Counted from the stretch's first letter, positions 18,950 to 28,581 are shown. The stretch is 64,000 nucleotides of DNA from Candidatus Latescibacterota bacterium (GCA_965208125.1 OZ242320.1:4128001-4192000), one strand, 5' to 3'. Notes: a model not told the origin generated them from the letters alone. Program-made: numbers and translations.

Positions 18950-20398
18950 TTAAATGCCTTTGTAGATATTGGAGGAGTACATTTCAAAGCCTTCAGGGCC
19001 GGGGTAGCCGTCAAAGAGGTTGCATTCGGGTACATTGCCGGGGGCGCCATTTTTGAGCCAGTCGATGAAGATGGGGTCGGCATTGCGGTGTTTGAGTTCG
19101 GCGAGGCCTGAGGTGTGAAGGTCTTGAACGCGATCAGGATTTTCAGACGCGATATTGGCCAGAGAGCCGTAGGGCGTGAGGATGCTGTCTTCGGGGTTGG
19201 GATGCCATTCGAGATAGCCTTCCTGGTCGAAGACAGTAAAGTAGCCGCGTTGAAGATGTCGCATCGCTTTGCCGCGCGCCACGCCTGATAGGGCGATTTC
19301 GCGGTGGCCCATGCTGTTTTCACGCGCAGCGTTGAGGATGTCGTAACTTTCGATATTGTCGGGAACAGATGCGCCTGATAGGTTGGCGATGGTGGCGAAG
19401 AAATCTTGTGGTTGAAAGATGGCAGAACTGCGACCTGTGTCGCCTTCGGGGGTTTTGATGAAAAGTGGGATGTGGATTTCTTGTTCGCGAACAGGGGCGC
19501 CTTTGCCGAATCTGCCGCGTTCACCGACGTTGGTGCCGTGATCGCCTGCGACGAGTATGGCGGTGTTTTTGGCCAGACCCGTGGCTTCAAGGGCTTCGAG
19601 GAAGCGGCCAAAGCAGTGGTCCATCCAGGTTACTTTGGCTGCATAGCTGGCTTTGATGCGTGCTCTGGCTTCGTCGGGCAGGTTGGGATTGCTGCGGGCT
19701 TGCGTTCCACCCTTGAATATGCGAGGATCGAGCCTACCGTCATAGCCAGGCGTTTTGTCGTATTTGAGCATGAATTCGGGGGGTACGTCCCAGGGTTCGT
19801 GAGGGTCGAAGCAGTCGATCCAGAGGAAGAAATTTTCCCGGTTTTTGTTGTCGCGGAGAAACTCGGCGGCGGTGTTGAAGAGTCTGGCGCAGTTCCAGTC
19901 GTCTAAGTTGTCGCGGCCTCTGTTGGTGCGGGCATATTGTATGGTTGGTGTTGGGAGTTCGTCTTCGAGGATGTCAAAGAGCGGGTCTTTTGCCCAGTTG
20001 CTGGGCCATTTGGCTTCGTCATTTATCCAGGCGCGGTCAACTTCGGCACCGCGAATGAAGGTCCAGGTGTGAAAGGGATAATCGAAGGCGTGACCCCCGT
20101 TGACGAGGTGGGGTGTGTCGTGCAGGAGTTGCGTCGCGTAGCCTGCTTCGCCGAGGACATACGGCAGTGCGTTGGTGTTGAAGGGCAGTGGTTTCCAGGC
20201 GTGAAAGGGGCTGCCGTATTTGCCGGTCATGACGTCGGTGCGATAGGGGATAGTGGGGAAGCTCGCTGCGAAGGCACGGTCAAAACACCAGGATTGTGAG
20301 GATAGGCGGTCGAGATTGGGGGTTTCGATCCAGTCATTTCCGTTGGCACCGATATAGTCGTAGCGCATGGTGTCGATGATTAAGAGAATGATGTTCAT
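18950..20398 (-). CDS. Sulfatase-like hydrolase (alkaline phosphatase superfamily) with Thr at the nucleophile position
   Basis: MNIILLIIDTMRYD, TPNLDRL, TIPYRT...TG, FDPHEPW and GDHG. Start placed at ATG 20398. Confidence 0.85.
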   Translation of the reverse strand: MNIILLIIDTMRYDYIGANGNDWIETPNLDRLSSQSWCFDRAFAASFPTIPYRTDVMTGKYGSPFHAWKPLPFNTNALPYVLGEAGYATQLLHDTPHLVNGGHAFDYPFHTWTFIRGAEVDRAWINDEAKWPSNWAKDPLFDILEDELPTPTIQYARTNRGRDNLDDWNCARLFNTAAEFLRDNKNRENFFLWIDCFDPHEPWDVPPEFMLKYDKTPGYDGRLDPRIFKGGTQARSNPNLPDEARARIKASYAAKVTWMDHCFGRFLEALEATGLAKNTAILVAGDHGTNVGERGRFGKGAPVREQEIHIPLFIKTPEGDTGRSSAIFQPQDFFATIANLSGASVPDNIESYDILNAARENSMGHREIALSGVARGKAMRHLQRGYFTVFDQEGYLEWHPNPEDSILTPYGSLANIASENPDRVQDLHTSGLAELKHRNADPIFIDWLKNGAPGNVPECNLFDGYPGPEGFEMYSSNIYKGI

Positions 20399-20445
20399 TA
20401 TGAATCTCCGAAGACGAATGGACGAATTAAGACCCTTGAGACCAA

Positions 20446-20490
20446 AATAAGCTATAGACCCATTTGTCCCGACACAATAGAAATACATAC
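20446..20490 (-). repeat. 45-nt imperfect copy of the 3' end of GNAT gene 21588-22151 (matches 21598-21642)
   Basis: aataagctatagacccatttgtcccgacacaatagaaatacatac vs aataagctgtagatccatttgtcccgacgcaagagaaatacatac (4 mismatches). Confidence 0.85.
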
Positions 20491-20581
20491 TGATCAGGCT
20501 GCCATTTCTTCATTGCTTTCTCTCGCAGATTTGTTCATATAAACAAGCCATTATTATCTTTTTAAAACAGGAGGTTATCGG

Positions 20582-21562
20582 ATGTCCAAACCGCTTTATC
20601 AACTGGACTGGCAGCGTTGGGAGCAGCCGGTTCTGTCGGGGATGACTACAGACCAGGACTGGTGCCGGGTGACGGTGTACAGCCCGACTGTTCTCCGTAT
20701 GGGCGATACGTACAAAATGTGGTACCTGGGCAACCGAACGGCCACGCGTACGAGCGATATGGACCTGGGGTATGCCGAGTCCCCAGATGGGCTGACCTGG
20801 ACGCCACATCCGGACAATCCGATCCTCAGCGGCGGGTTGCCGTGGGGGCGTGCGTGGCAAACGCCGCACGTGATTTTCGACAGCGATGAGAATCTTTACA
20901 AGATGTGGTTCGTGATGGCTGACAGCCGTCCGGGTGAGGGGGGCAGGGCGATCGTTTTGGGACAGAAGCTGGGGTATGCGACCAGTTCCGATGGTCTGGC
21001 CTGGGAGACCTACCCCGAGCCGATCTATCCGAGTGGGCGGGGACCGTGCGTGTTGAAGGAGGGACCAAATGCCTACCGCATGTGGATGTGTTCATCCCCC
21101 AGTCCGGACGGAGAATTTGGAGATCTGGTAGGGAATATCTACCACTTCGAATCGACCGACGGCATCGCCTGGACGCGGGATCCCGAACCGATGATCCGGG
21201 CCACGGAAACGCGCCAGAGCGTGGTCTATCCGAGCGTTTTGCGGGATGAGCAGGGATATACGATGTGGTACGGATGCCATGTGGAGGGGGGAATCTTTGA
21301 GATTTTCTGTTCAACGTCGGAGGACGGGCTGAATTGGACGCACCACCTGAAGGAGCCTTCGTTTTCCGCAACACGCGATCCAAACGATTTCGACGGCCGA
21401 TACACATCTACGCCCTACGTGCTGGACGACGGTGACCGCTACCTGATGTACTATTCCGCCCGAGACTGGGGAAACCTCTATCGGGCCGGGGACGGGACGA
21501 TTAAGACCGACGGCGCGGGTATTTACCGCCACATCGGAGTGGCCGTATGTCCGAAGGAATGA
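20582..21562 (+). CDS. Five-bladed beta-propeller glycosidase-like protein (GH32/43/130-like fold)
   Basis: Repeats of P.V......Y.MWY...GYA.S.DGL.W; AGGAGG RBS. Confidence 0.75.
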   Translation: MSKPLYQLDWQRWEQPVLSGMTTDQDWCRVTVYSPTVLRMGDTYKMWYLGNRTATRTSDMDLGYAESPDGLTWTPHPDNPILSGGLPWGRAWQTPHVIFDSDENLYKMWFVMADSRPGEGGRAIVLGQKLGYATSSDGLAWETYPEPIYPSGRGPCVLKEGPNAYRMWMCSSPSPDGEFGDLVGNIYHFESTDGIAWTRDPEPMIRATETRQSVVYPSVLRDEQGYTMWYGCHVEGGIFEIFCSTSEDGLNWTHHLKEPSFSATRDPNDFDGRYTSTPYVLDDGDRYLMYYSARDWGNLYRAGDGTIKTDGAGIYRHIGVAVCPKE

Positions 21563-21587
21563 ACCGCTTTATTCGAAGATAGCCAAT

Positions 21588-22151
21588 CTAACCACTGAAT
21601 AAGCTGTAGATCCATTTGTCCCGACGCAAGAGAAATACATACCGTTCGGGCAACATGCGGTCCTTAAATTCACCTCTACCCGGTCCGGGCGGTACACGCT
21701 CAGCCTCCTCGAAACCCAGTCGGCGGAGAAGCCGGACAGACCGTTTGTTTGCAATAACGCATCTGGCTCCAATCTCGTCCAGGTCCAAATCTTCAAAACC
21801 CACCTGCAGAATGCTCCGGACAGCTTCTGACGCAAAGCCCTGACCCCAATAAATGGGAGATAACTCGTAGCCTATGTCACCCCGTCGGCTCTCAATACTT
21901 TCTGTGCGTATTCCGCAGTTACCGAGTAATATTCCATTTGAGCGGTCCGTGATGACGAACTGGAATTTGCATCTCGGACTTTCTTTGGACCATGCGATGC
22001 ACTTTTCTACAAATCGGATGCATTCCTCTCTGGTGTAGGCGGGCCGGTAGTAGTATTCCAGATACCTGGGGTCCTTCCTGTACTCGGCGATGGCATCCAC
22101 GTCTTGTCTGGTGAACTCTCTCAGAAGCAGGCGTTCAGTCAGTTTTTCCAT
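21588..22151 (-). CDS. GNAT acetyltransferase, RimJ/RimL type
   Basis: TERLLLREF, IGYELSPIYWGQGFA and NKRSVRLLRRLGF. Confidence 0.9.
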   Translation of the reverse strand: MEKLTERLLLREFTRQDVDAIAEYRKDPRYLEYYYRPAYTREECIRFVEKCIAWSKESPRCKFQFVITDRSNGILLGNCGIRTESIESRRGDIGYELSPIYWGQGFASEAVRSILQVGFEDLDLDEIGARCVIANKRSVRLLRRLGFEEAERVPPGPGRGEFKDRMLPERYVFLLRRDKWIYSLFSG

Positions 22152-22159
22152 ACTTTAAA

Positions 22160-22684
22160 TTACGTTTGGAGCCTTTGAAAGGCCTTAAGAGTTGAGGGAT
22201 CAGTGACTATTTCCCTTGCGGCTTCAATAGTCAACCATTTGGCAGCATAGAATTCTTGTAGATCAATGTTGAAATTGCTGCCATCTGTAAGAAGTAAATA
22301 CCAGATGTCATAATGAGACTGACAGGGTTGCACGGGATTTTCTATTGGTGTAATGGTCAACAAAAACGGTTGTGGTTCGGATTTAAAAAAGCGCCATATT
22401 CCCAATTCTTCACCTATCTCGCGGTTCAAAGCTGCCAAAAGCGTCTCGTCTTTATCTATGTGACCACCGGGAGAAAGCCAGAGGCCAGACTTTTTATGGT
22501 GGATGATAAACACCTTTTTGCTCTGGGTATCATAGGGCAGAAAATAGACACAAAAATGGGTCTCCAGATTTTCATCTCGCGTTGGTTTTCCTTCTTTCAA
22601 TCTTTGTTTATAGCGACTATAGGTTTTCCCATTGTCACATATATCACGGTCGATAACTTTTGCAATTGATTCTTCTGTTTTCAT
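22160..22684 (-). CDS. NUDIX hydrolase
   Basis: Nudix box WLSPGGHIDKDETLLAALNREIGEELG. Confidence 0.9.
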   Translation of the reverse strand: MKTEESIAKVIDRDICDNGKTYSRYKQRLKEGKPTRDENLETHFCVYFLPYDTQSKKVFIIHHKKSGLWLSPGGHIDKDETLLAALNREIGEELGIWRFFKSEPQPFLLTITPIENPVQPCQSHYDIWYLLLTDGSNFNIDLQEFYAAKWLTIEAAREIVTDPSTLKAFQRLQT

Positions 22685-22724
22685 ATTGGAGTTTCCCAGA
22701 TACTGTTTCTTTGTTTTGCTATCT

Positions 22725-23525
22725 TCACTTGGTTACCGACCAGTAGGTATTGGTGATATGTGGTGAACCCACGTAGGGTTTGCCGTCGTGGCTCCCGTAT
22801 AATTCCCACTGGTCAAATCCGCTCAATCTCAGTAGCAACTGAAATTCTTCCTTGTGAATCCATCGAGTCTGCATTGGCACTTTGGCCGTTTCCCCGTCAT
22901 ACTCAAATGTCCAGGTGTAGGTTTCCGTCTGTGATGTCAGATCACATATTTTTGAGTAATTAACCTGAATCGGCTTCCCCGTCTCGGGATGCATGCACTC
23001 ACCGAATACCTCCTCTGATGGCGGGATGTCCTGATGAAGGAGTATGTCTTCTGTGTAGGAGGGAATGTAGAAGTTCAGGAGCAGGCGTCCTCCTGGCTGT
23101 AGATGCTCATAGACATGTCGAAGGCAGTCTATTTGGCTTTGCTGAGTCGGCAGCATCATGAAGGAACTGGCAGGTATGAGAACCGCTGCAAATTGGCGGT
23201 CATAGATAAAATCGGCAAGATCCTGTTGTGAGATTCGAGAATCTATATCTGAAATTCCCAAATTTATTGCTTTGTGTCTGAGCACTTCCAACATGGGAAG
23301 CGAAATATCAAATCCAAAGATATCAAGTCCATCCAGAAGCAGAGGCAGCATTTTACAACCCGTCCCACAGGCAGCCTCCAATATCGCACCACGCGTGTTC
23401 TGCAATTGATTTCGGTAAAAATGTAACTCCCGTTCATTTAGTACAGAGCGGCCACCAGTTTCGTTCCATTGGTCATAGATTAGCGCCCACCAATGGGTAT
23501 CATAGTTACTTTCAGTCTCTTGCAT
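22725..23525 (-). CDS. Class I SAM-dependent methyltransferase
   Basis: LEAACGTG, GFDIS and HLQPGGRL; distant paralog of the 3985 and 14261 enzymes. Confidence 0.9.
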   Translation of the reverse strand: MQETESNYDTHWWALIYDQWNETGGRSVLNERELHFYRNQLQNTRGAILEAACGTGCKMLPLLLDGLDIFGFDISLPMLEVLRHKAINLGISDIDSRISQQDLADFIYDRQFAAVLIPASSFMMLPTQQSQIDCLRHVYEHLQPGGRLLLNFYIPSYTEDILLHQDIPPSEEVFGECMHPETGKPIQVNYSKICDLTSQTETYTWTFEYDGETAKVPMQTRWIHKEEFQLLLRLSGFDQWELYGSHDGKPYVGSPHITNTYWSVTK

Positions 23526-23602
23526 GAGTACCCCTATGCAAAGATAGGTTTTGTTTTTTCGTTATATACAGTTTTTATATAGTCGGGTTTTCTCTTTATT
23601 TT

Positions 23603-24175
23603 TCAGTCATTCAATGAAATTTTTAAGTTTATCGCTGCCAATAAACCTTCATAGTCAATCGACTTGAAGTCTGTAGTATCAATCTCAAAAATAGAGCCGC
23701 CTATATCCAACGCCTTATACTTTTCATTTATCAGAAATTCGTCGAATTGGTCGGACGTTACCAAATGATCTGTATGGCCGGGATGGCGCTCCCCAGATTC
23801 AGACCGCGCTTTGAATCTCTTAAAGAGCACACCAGCATCGGTTTTGCACAGGATCTGAAATGGCTCAAAGTCATGTCTTTCTTTTAATTCCAGAAGTTTT
23901 GGCGTATCAAACTTGGGAATAAATGCTGTGTCAACAATAAGCGATCTTCCCGCTTCAACTTGAGTTTTCAGGAAACAATGCATAAGCGCCCAACTGGCAT
24001 GGATTAACCCTACACGAAATTCTCTATCTTCCCAGCCAAGGGTATCGAAGAGGACTTCCTTAATGCCATCCTTGCTAAGAAAGGGTAGGCGGAGTTGCTT
24101 AGCCAATTTTCTCCCTAATGTTGTTTTGCCAGTACACGGAGCCCCGTTAATAATAATAAGCAAAGATTTTGTCAT
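23603..24175 (-). CDS. P-loop kinase (AAA_33-like)
   Basis: Walker A GAPCTGKTT, LSKDGIKE and RHPGH. Confidence 0.85.
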   Translation of the reverse strand: MTKSLLIIINGAPCTGKTTLGRKLAKQLRLPFLSKDGIKEVLFDTLGWEDREFRVGLIHASWALMHCFLKTQVEAGRSLIVDTAFIPKFDTPKLLELKERHDFEPFQILCKTDAGVLFKRFKARSESGERHPGHTDHLVTSDQFDEFLINEKYKALDIGGSIFEIDTTDFKSIDYEGLLAAINLKISLND

Positions 24176-24222
24176 TGATGTTTACTCAAAAAATGGGTAG
24201 TTCAGCCATGAGGTTGTTATAC

Positions 24223-24273
24223 GCCGCCAGCCCATGAACCGTCTCTATTCAGATGAATCAATCATCTCTCCTT
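24223..24273 (-). repeat. 51-nt copy of the RBS and first codons of MFS gene 25010-26248 (matches 26210-26260)
   Basis: Direct repeat with 2 mismatches. Confidence 0.9.
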
Positions 24274-24289
24274 CATCGTGCAGACTGTC

Positions 24290-24991
24290 TCAACTGCCGA
24301 CTACCTTATTCTTTCTAAGAATCGGAAATTCGGCACCTTTCATTCCGGTGTCTGTCAAATATGTAAGGTTGCAATGATGATACGCACAGATATAGCTTCT
24401 ACGTAATTTATCAGATGAATTGGAGCCGCTTCTATGTAGAACATGCGAATGAAAAATAGCGATTTCACCTGCGTGCATTTCGATGGGGACCTGATTTTTA
24501 TCATCCACATCTTGCGCGAACCGACCTGCGTAGAATGTTTCCGTTTCTCTCAAGAATACATGATCAAGTCGTCCCCATTTGTGTGAGCCTGGTATCACCC
24601 ATAGACATCCATTGCCGATAGTAACAACATCAAGGGCAACCCAACACGTGATGTAATGTTCCGGCTCTGTCAGACCGTACTGAGCATCTTGATGCCAATG
24701 AAATTCTTTGCCTTGAAACGGAGGTTTATGAGCTATCAAATTCCAATGAAGATCAGCATTGGGCCCAATCAGTTTCTTACAAGCTTCGACAAAGAGAGGT
24801 TGTTTTACGAACTCTGCAAATAGGTCACTCTTCAAATGAGGATTGCGTTGAAACCATTTGGGATTGTCTGCGTTATATTTTTCACATTCCTTTGTCAGCT
24901 TGTCGAGCCACTCACCAGAGACTTTTTGTCCAACAATGCAAAACCCTTTCTCATCAAAGTCACGAAGATTACGGCTGGTTATGATATCCAT
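24290..24991 (-). CDS. PhyH-family dioxygenase
   Basis: WHQD, TCWVALD, NGCLWVIPGSHK and LHRSGSN.S...R. Confidence 0.9.
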   Translation of the reverse strand: MDIITSRNLRDFDEKGFCIVGQKVSGEWLDKLTKECEKYNADNPKWFQRNPHLKSDLFAEFVKQPLFVEACKKLIGPNADLHWNLIAHKPPFQGKEFHWHQDAQYGLTEPEHYITCWVALDVVTIGNGCLWVIPGSHKWGRLDHVFLRETETFYAGRFAQDVDDKNQVPIEMHAGEIAIFHSHVLHRSGSNSSDKLRRSYICAYHHCNLTYLTDTGMKGAEFPILRKNKVVGS

Positions 24992-25009
24992 TTTGGTCTT
25001 CCTCCCTGT

Positions 25010-26248
25010 TCAGGATTTTTTGTCTTCGATACTAACAACAGACGGGATCATCCGGGCAGATGTTCCAAGAACGAGGGTCAGTACTCCCGCCGCTAAAAAC
25101 CACGGTTGCGGGCCAAAAACATCGGTTATGGGACCTATCACGATGAGCCCAAGCATAGTTGTAAATTGCACAGAACTATGAAGAGCGCCAAATACGCGGC
25201 CTTGTAGATGGGGATCGACATTGGCCTGAAGGAGAGCGCGGAGAGGCGCGTTAATTAGCGAGCTACCGACGCCGCTTAAAGCTATACCCGTGATGGCTAA
25301 AGCAAAGCGGGTATGAGGGGCGATACCTACGAGTATTGTTCCAATGCCATACACAATCCAGCCTAAGATCGTCGTCATGATTCGGCGATGAAATCCACCC
25401 CAGGCCCCAACCAGAAGACCTCCCAGGACAATGCCCACTCCCCAGGCAGAATTAAACCAACCAAGTTCGGTAGCACCTCCATTGAAGTGATCTGTTATCA
25501 AGAGGGGTGAGATGGTCATCTTCGTGTTCCCAAATATGTTTAATACGGCAGCAATTAAGATTAAGTTCCGAAGACCAGTCCATCTCCACAAATAACGAAA
25601 TCCTTCCAGCATATCAACCCAGATGCCAACCTCCTGGCTTCGCTTTTCCCCCATCCTTTTGGGCTGTGGAATCATAATGAAGATGAGGGGACCGATAGCA
25701 AGCATCGCCGTCAAAACATCGATGGCCAGTATGATATGTATCTCGAACAAGGCCAGTGCCAGTGCTCCAAGGGGAGGCCCTCCCATGCTGAGTACTCCAT
25801 GCAGGGTTTGGTTCGTCCCCTGAATCCTGGCTAGATGTTTTTCGGGCACCATCAGAGGCGTGGAAGTTATCATCGCCAGGCCCTGGAATGCACGACCAAT
25901 ACTCGCCAGAAAGTTTACTGCGTAGATATGCCAGATCTCGATAATTTCCATCCAGAAAAGACCAGCAAGACCAGCCATGGCTATCGCAACAAGCGTGTCC
26001 GAGACGAGCATTACAATACGGCGGTTCCATCTATCGTTCAGTGTGCCTATGATGGGAGCCAAAAAGACTTCTGGTAGATAGGCGACAAGGACTGAGGTCG
26101 CGAGAATGGTCGCAGATCCCGTCTTTTCCGTAAGCCACCACACCAGGGCAAATTGTGCAACTTGGGTTCCAAGAGATGACAGCGTTTGTCCAGTCCAGAT
26201 GGTAAAGAAGCCGCCAGCCCATGAACCGTCTCTGTTCAGACGAATCAA
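25010..26248 (-). CDS. MFS transporter, DHA3/Mef(A)-like
   Basis: FFTIWTGQ..S.LG, QFALVWWLT..TGSA and DRWNRR. Confidence 0.9.
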   Translation of the reverse strand: MIRLNRDGSWAGGFFTIWTGQTLSSLGTQVAQFALVWWLTEKTGSATILATSVLVAYLPEVFLAPIIGTLNDRWNRRIVMLVSDTLVAIAMAGLAGLFWMEIIEIWHIYAVNFLASIGRAFQGLAMITSTPLMVPEKHLARIQGTNQTLHGVLSMGGPPLGALALALFEIHIILAIDVLTAMLAIGPLIFIMIPQPKRMGEKRSQEVGIWVDMLEGFRYLWRWTGLRNLILIAAVLNIFGNTKMTISPLLITDHFNGGATELGWFNSAWGVGIVLGGLLVGAWGGFHRRIMTTILGWIVYGIGTILVGIAPHTRFALAITGIALSGVGSSLINAPLRALLQANVDPHLQGRVFGALHSSVQFTTMLGLIVIGPITDVFGPQPWFLAAGVLTLVLGTSARMIPSVVSIEDKKS

Positions 26249-26833
26249 TCATCTCTCCTTTTGACCTGAATCGGCAAGAAAGAACGTTCCCCTCTTTTTG
26301 AACCGAAAATTCTCATCGGGTACGATGAACGCCAGTTTATCGCATAAAAAAGAGCCAGACGGGGCTGAATTTTGGAGCCGTGCACAAAGCTCAAGGCTCT
26401 CGTCTATGGATATGAATTCAGCAATGGTCATGTGCGGAGCTATGTTGCGCCGGTGATACGCTTCGTCGGAAAATGCCGATGTTCCGTGGAGGACCTGCTT
26501 TAAATTATCGATAGGCTCTCGTGGCCTTATAGGATACGAGACGCCAGGGTGCCTGGTTGAGGCATGCAGCTTGTCGTAATAAAGCGTGAATGGCTGGACA
26601 TCAGTAATGACGTTGTTGATTTCATCGATAAGATCAGGCGTCATTTCCTGGCTCAAGGGATCTGACAAAGAGATGTGCGTCGGACAGGTGGCAGCAGAGC
26701 GGGGATCATACTTTGCTCGCAAGAGATCGATCTCCTGAGATACCTCTGGAAGGGGCATGATAAGGATGAGGCCTAATCGGTAGTCGCGTTGCCAATCTTC
26801 CCACTTTGATGTGTCTTTTACGTATGGAATCAT
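26249..26833 (-). CDS. 2H phosphoesterase (2'-5' RNA ligase superfamily)
   Basis: Two HxS/T motifs: HISL and HMTI. Confidence 0.85.
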   Translation of the reverse strand: MIPYVKDTSKWEDWQRDYRLGLILIMPLPEVSQEIDLLRAKYDPRSAATCPTHISLSDPLSQEMTPDLIDEINNVITDVQPFTLYYDKLHASTRHPGVSYPIRPREPIDNLKQVLHGTSAFSDEAYHRRNIAPHMTIAEFISIDESLELCARLQNSAPSGSFLCDKLAFIVPDENFRFKKRGTFFLADSGQKER

Positions 26834-26842
26834 GATGGACTC

Positions 26843-27013
26843 TCAGTCGCTGTGGACCCGCAAGCATTCGCCTAACAGAAAATCCAAAGCCCACCCTCCA
26901 CCCAACCAGTGCGGAATAGAATGAACTGTCAATACCTCATGAATCTCTCTGATCAGCCCAAGCTGGATGGGGTTCGGATCTTCCAGACATCCACGAATTA
27001 CAATTTTAGACAT
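26843..27013 (-). pseudogene. 5' remnant of an ANT(2'')/Lnu-like nucleotidyltransferase
   Basis: Manual translation MSKIV...IPHWLGGGWALDFLLGECLRVHSD* breaks off inside the H-x-D-x-D motif; 56 aa. Confidence 0.7.
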
Positions 27014-27032
27014 GGATCAAACTCATAGGAAA

Positions 27033-27062
27033 CATGCCGCTTCAGAACACTGAAGCGGCATG
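27033..27062 (-). terminator. Hairpin downstream of a GNAT gene
   Basis: Perfect 13-bp stem CATGCCGCTTCAG/CTGAAGCGGCATG, followed by TTT on the minus strand. Confidence 0.6.
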
Positions 27063-27066
27063 AAGG

Positions 27067-27996
27067 CTAACTTCTTCGAGTTAAGAAAAAAATACCCGGC
27101 TTCGGTTTATAACCCATTTTTCGATTTACAGCAAGTATTCGTTCATTATTGGAATCATTGTGTGTTCGCAAATATTTAGCACCTTGATTTTTTGCAAATT
27201 CAGCAGCTTTCACTTTTGCAGCAAGCGATAATCCCTTTCCGCGGTAGGGGCGACTGACACCTGTCAAGCTGTTGTAATAAACTTCCTCAGTTTCCCTGAT
27301 TACTAATGACATTGCCACCCATTTCTGGCCATCGAGAATTAAGATGCTACCCGCGGGATCCATTTTCTCGAATAATACGTTCCTCATTTGTTTTAATTCG
27401 GGACGTGATTTTTCTTCCATACCTGGTGCATCTTTGGCCAGTTCCCACCAAAAGTCAAGATACCTTTCAAACCATACATCATTCTGTGGATAATTAGCAA
27501 AGGATGAAAAATGGAGTTTGGAACTTAGAGACAATACATCATCAAAGTTTTGGGAATTAAAAGTAGATAAATCCAGAGTGGATTCAAATACATGCTGTTC
27601 TACATTGAACCCACGCTTTTTTGCCCACATAAGGTCTTCAGGGCTTTGTTCCCTAACTGAACCTTGGAGGGCGACAGCTTGATTTTGGGTAGAGAAATGT
27701 TCAAGTTCCTGGTAGATTTTGCTTCCAATACCTTGTTTTCGCCAGTTTTGAGTGACTCTCACAGATATTTCAAAATAGCCAGGTCGCAGAATCGGATCCC
27801 AGGGACCTGTCACTGCGAAACCAAAACCAACAATTTCTCCATCAGGAGTGATAGCTGCAATACGATATATCGCCGTATCTTCTGTACACTTGCGATCTTG
27901 AGAAAGGAGGGTATTGAGGCTGGGCATATCAGGCCCATGTTTGCTGACAATGTGAGAGAAATTGCCCGATGTTATTGGCATGATTTGTATTGGCAT
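27067..27996 (-). CDS. Tandem GNAT acetyltransferase
   Basis: WRKQGIG, TGVSRPYRGKGL and N.RILAVNRKMGY. Confidence 0.9.
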   Translation of the reverse strand: MPIQIMPITSGNFSHIVSKHGPDMPSLNTLLSQDRKCTEDTAIYRIAAITPDGEIVGFGFAVTGPWDPILRPGYFEISVRVTQNWRKQGIGSKIYQELEHFSTQNQAVALQGSVREQSPEDLMWAKKRGFNVEQHVFESTLDLSTFNSQNFDDVLSLSSKLHFSSFANYPQNDVWFERYLDFWWELAKDAPGMEEKSRPELKQMRNVLFEKMDPAGSILILDGQKWVAMSLVIRETEEVYYNSLTGVSRPYRGKGLSLAAKVKAAEFAKNQGAKYLRTHNDSNNERILAVNRKMGYKPKPGIFFLTRRS

Positions 27997-28006
27997 TTAG
28001 AAATCC

Positions 28007-28555
28007 TTAGCCCGTATGATGCCTGGACTCAAATTCTGCGCGCAATATCCCGAATAAGAGCCTATCCCAGCGTCGGTTGGACCAATATATAGCCTCGCGC
28101 TCGCACCCTTCCTGAGTAAATCCGAGTTTCTCGAGAACTCGGATGGCACCCGTATTATTGGAGGCTGTCGCAGCCGAAATCCTGTACAAGTCTAAATGCT
28201 CAAATCCAAATCGAAGGATTACCAATGCGGCATCTGTGCAGTACCCCTTACCTCTATCCCTCCTGCGGGCAATGCCAGCACCGAGGCTGGCGGTACGATT
28301 TCTTAAGTCGATTTCCGACAACTGAATATCTCCAAGGAGATTGCCATCTGGACTGAAGATGCCTAAATAAATTTGACTCTTTCCTTGTTGCTCCTGGATT
28401 TCCTCGAACCATTTGTCCGATCCCTCGAGTGAATGACCGGGTCTGACTGGTTCTGTAGGTATTGGCTCCTCGAGCTCATAATGTTCCCAAAGGGTGCGGC
28501 AATGCTCGCGTTCCATTGTCCGCAGTACCACTTTTTTACCACGTAGCTCAATCAT
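28007..28555 (-). CDS. GNAT acetyltransferase, RimJ/RimL type
   Basis: RGKGYCTDA and NTGAIRVLEKLGFTQEG. Confidence 0.9.
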   Translation of the reverse strand: MIELRGKKVVLRTMEREHCRTLWEHYELEEPIPTEPVRPGHSLEGSDKWFEEIQEQQGKSQIYLGIFSPDGNLLGDIQLSEIDLRNRTASLGAGIARRRDRGKGYCTDAALVILRFGFEHLDLYRISAATASNNTGAIRVLEKLGFTQEGCEREAIYWSNRRWDRLLFGILRAEFESRHHTG

Positions 28556-28581
28556 GAGAGGGATCCCCGATTTAGTTCAAA

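Noticed and set aside
26868-26876. GTTAGGC (attC R' core) on the minus strand
   Set aside because: It lies in frame inside the ANT/Lnu-like remnant (codons L-L-G), so it is better explained as coding sequence.
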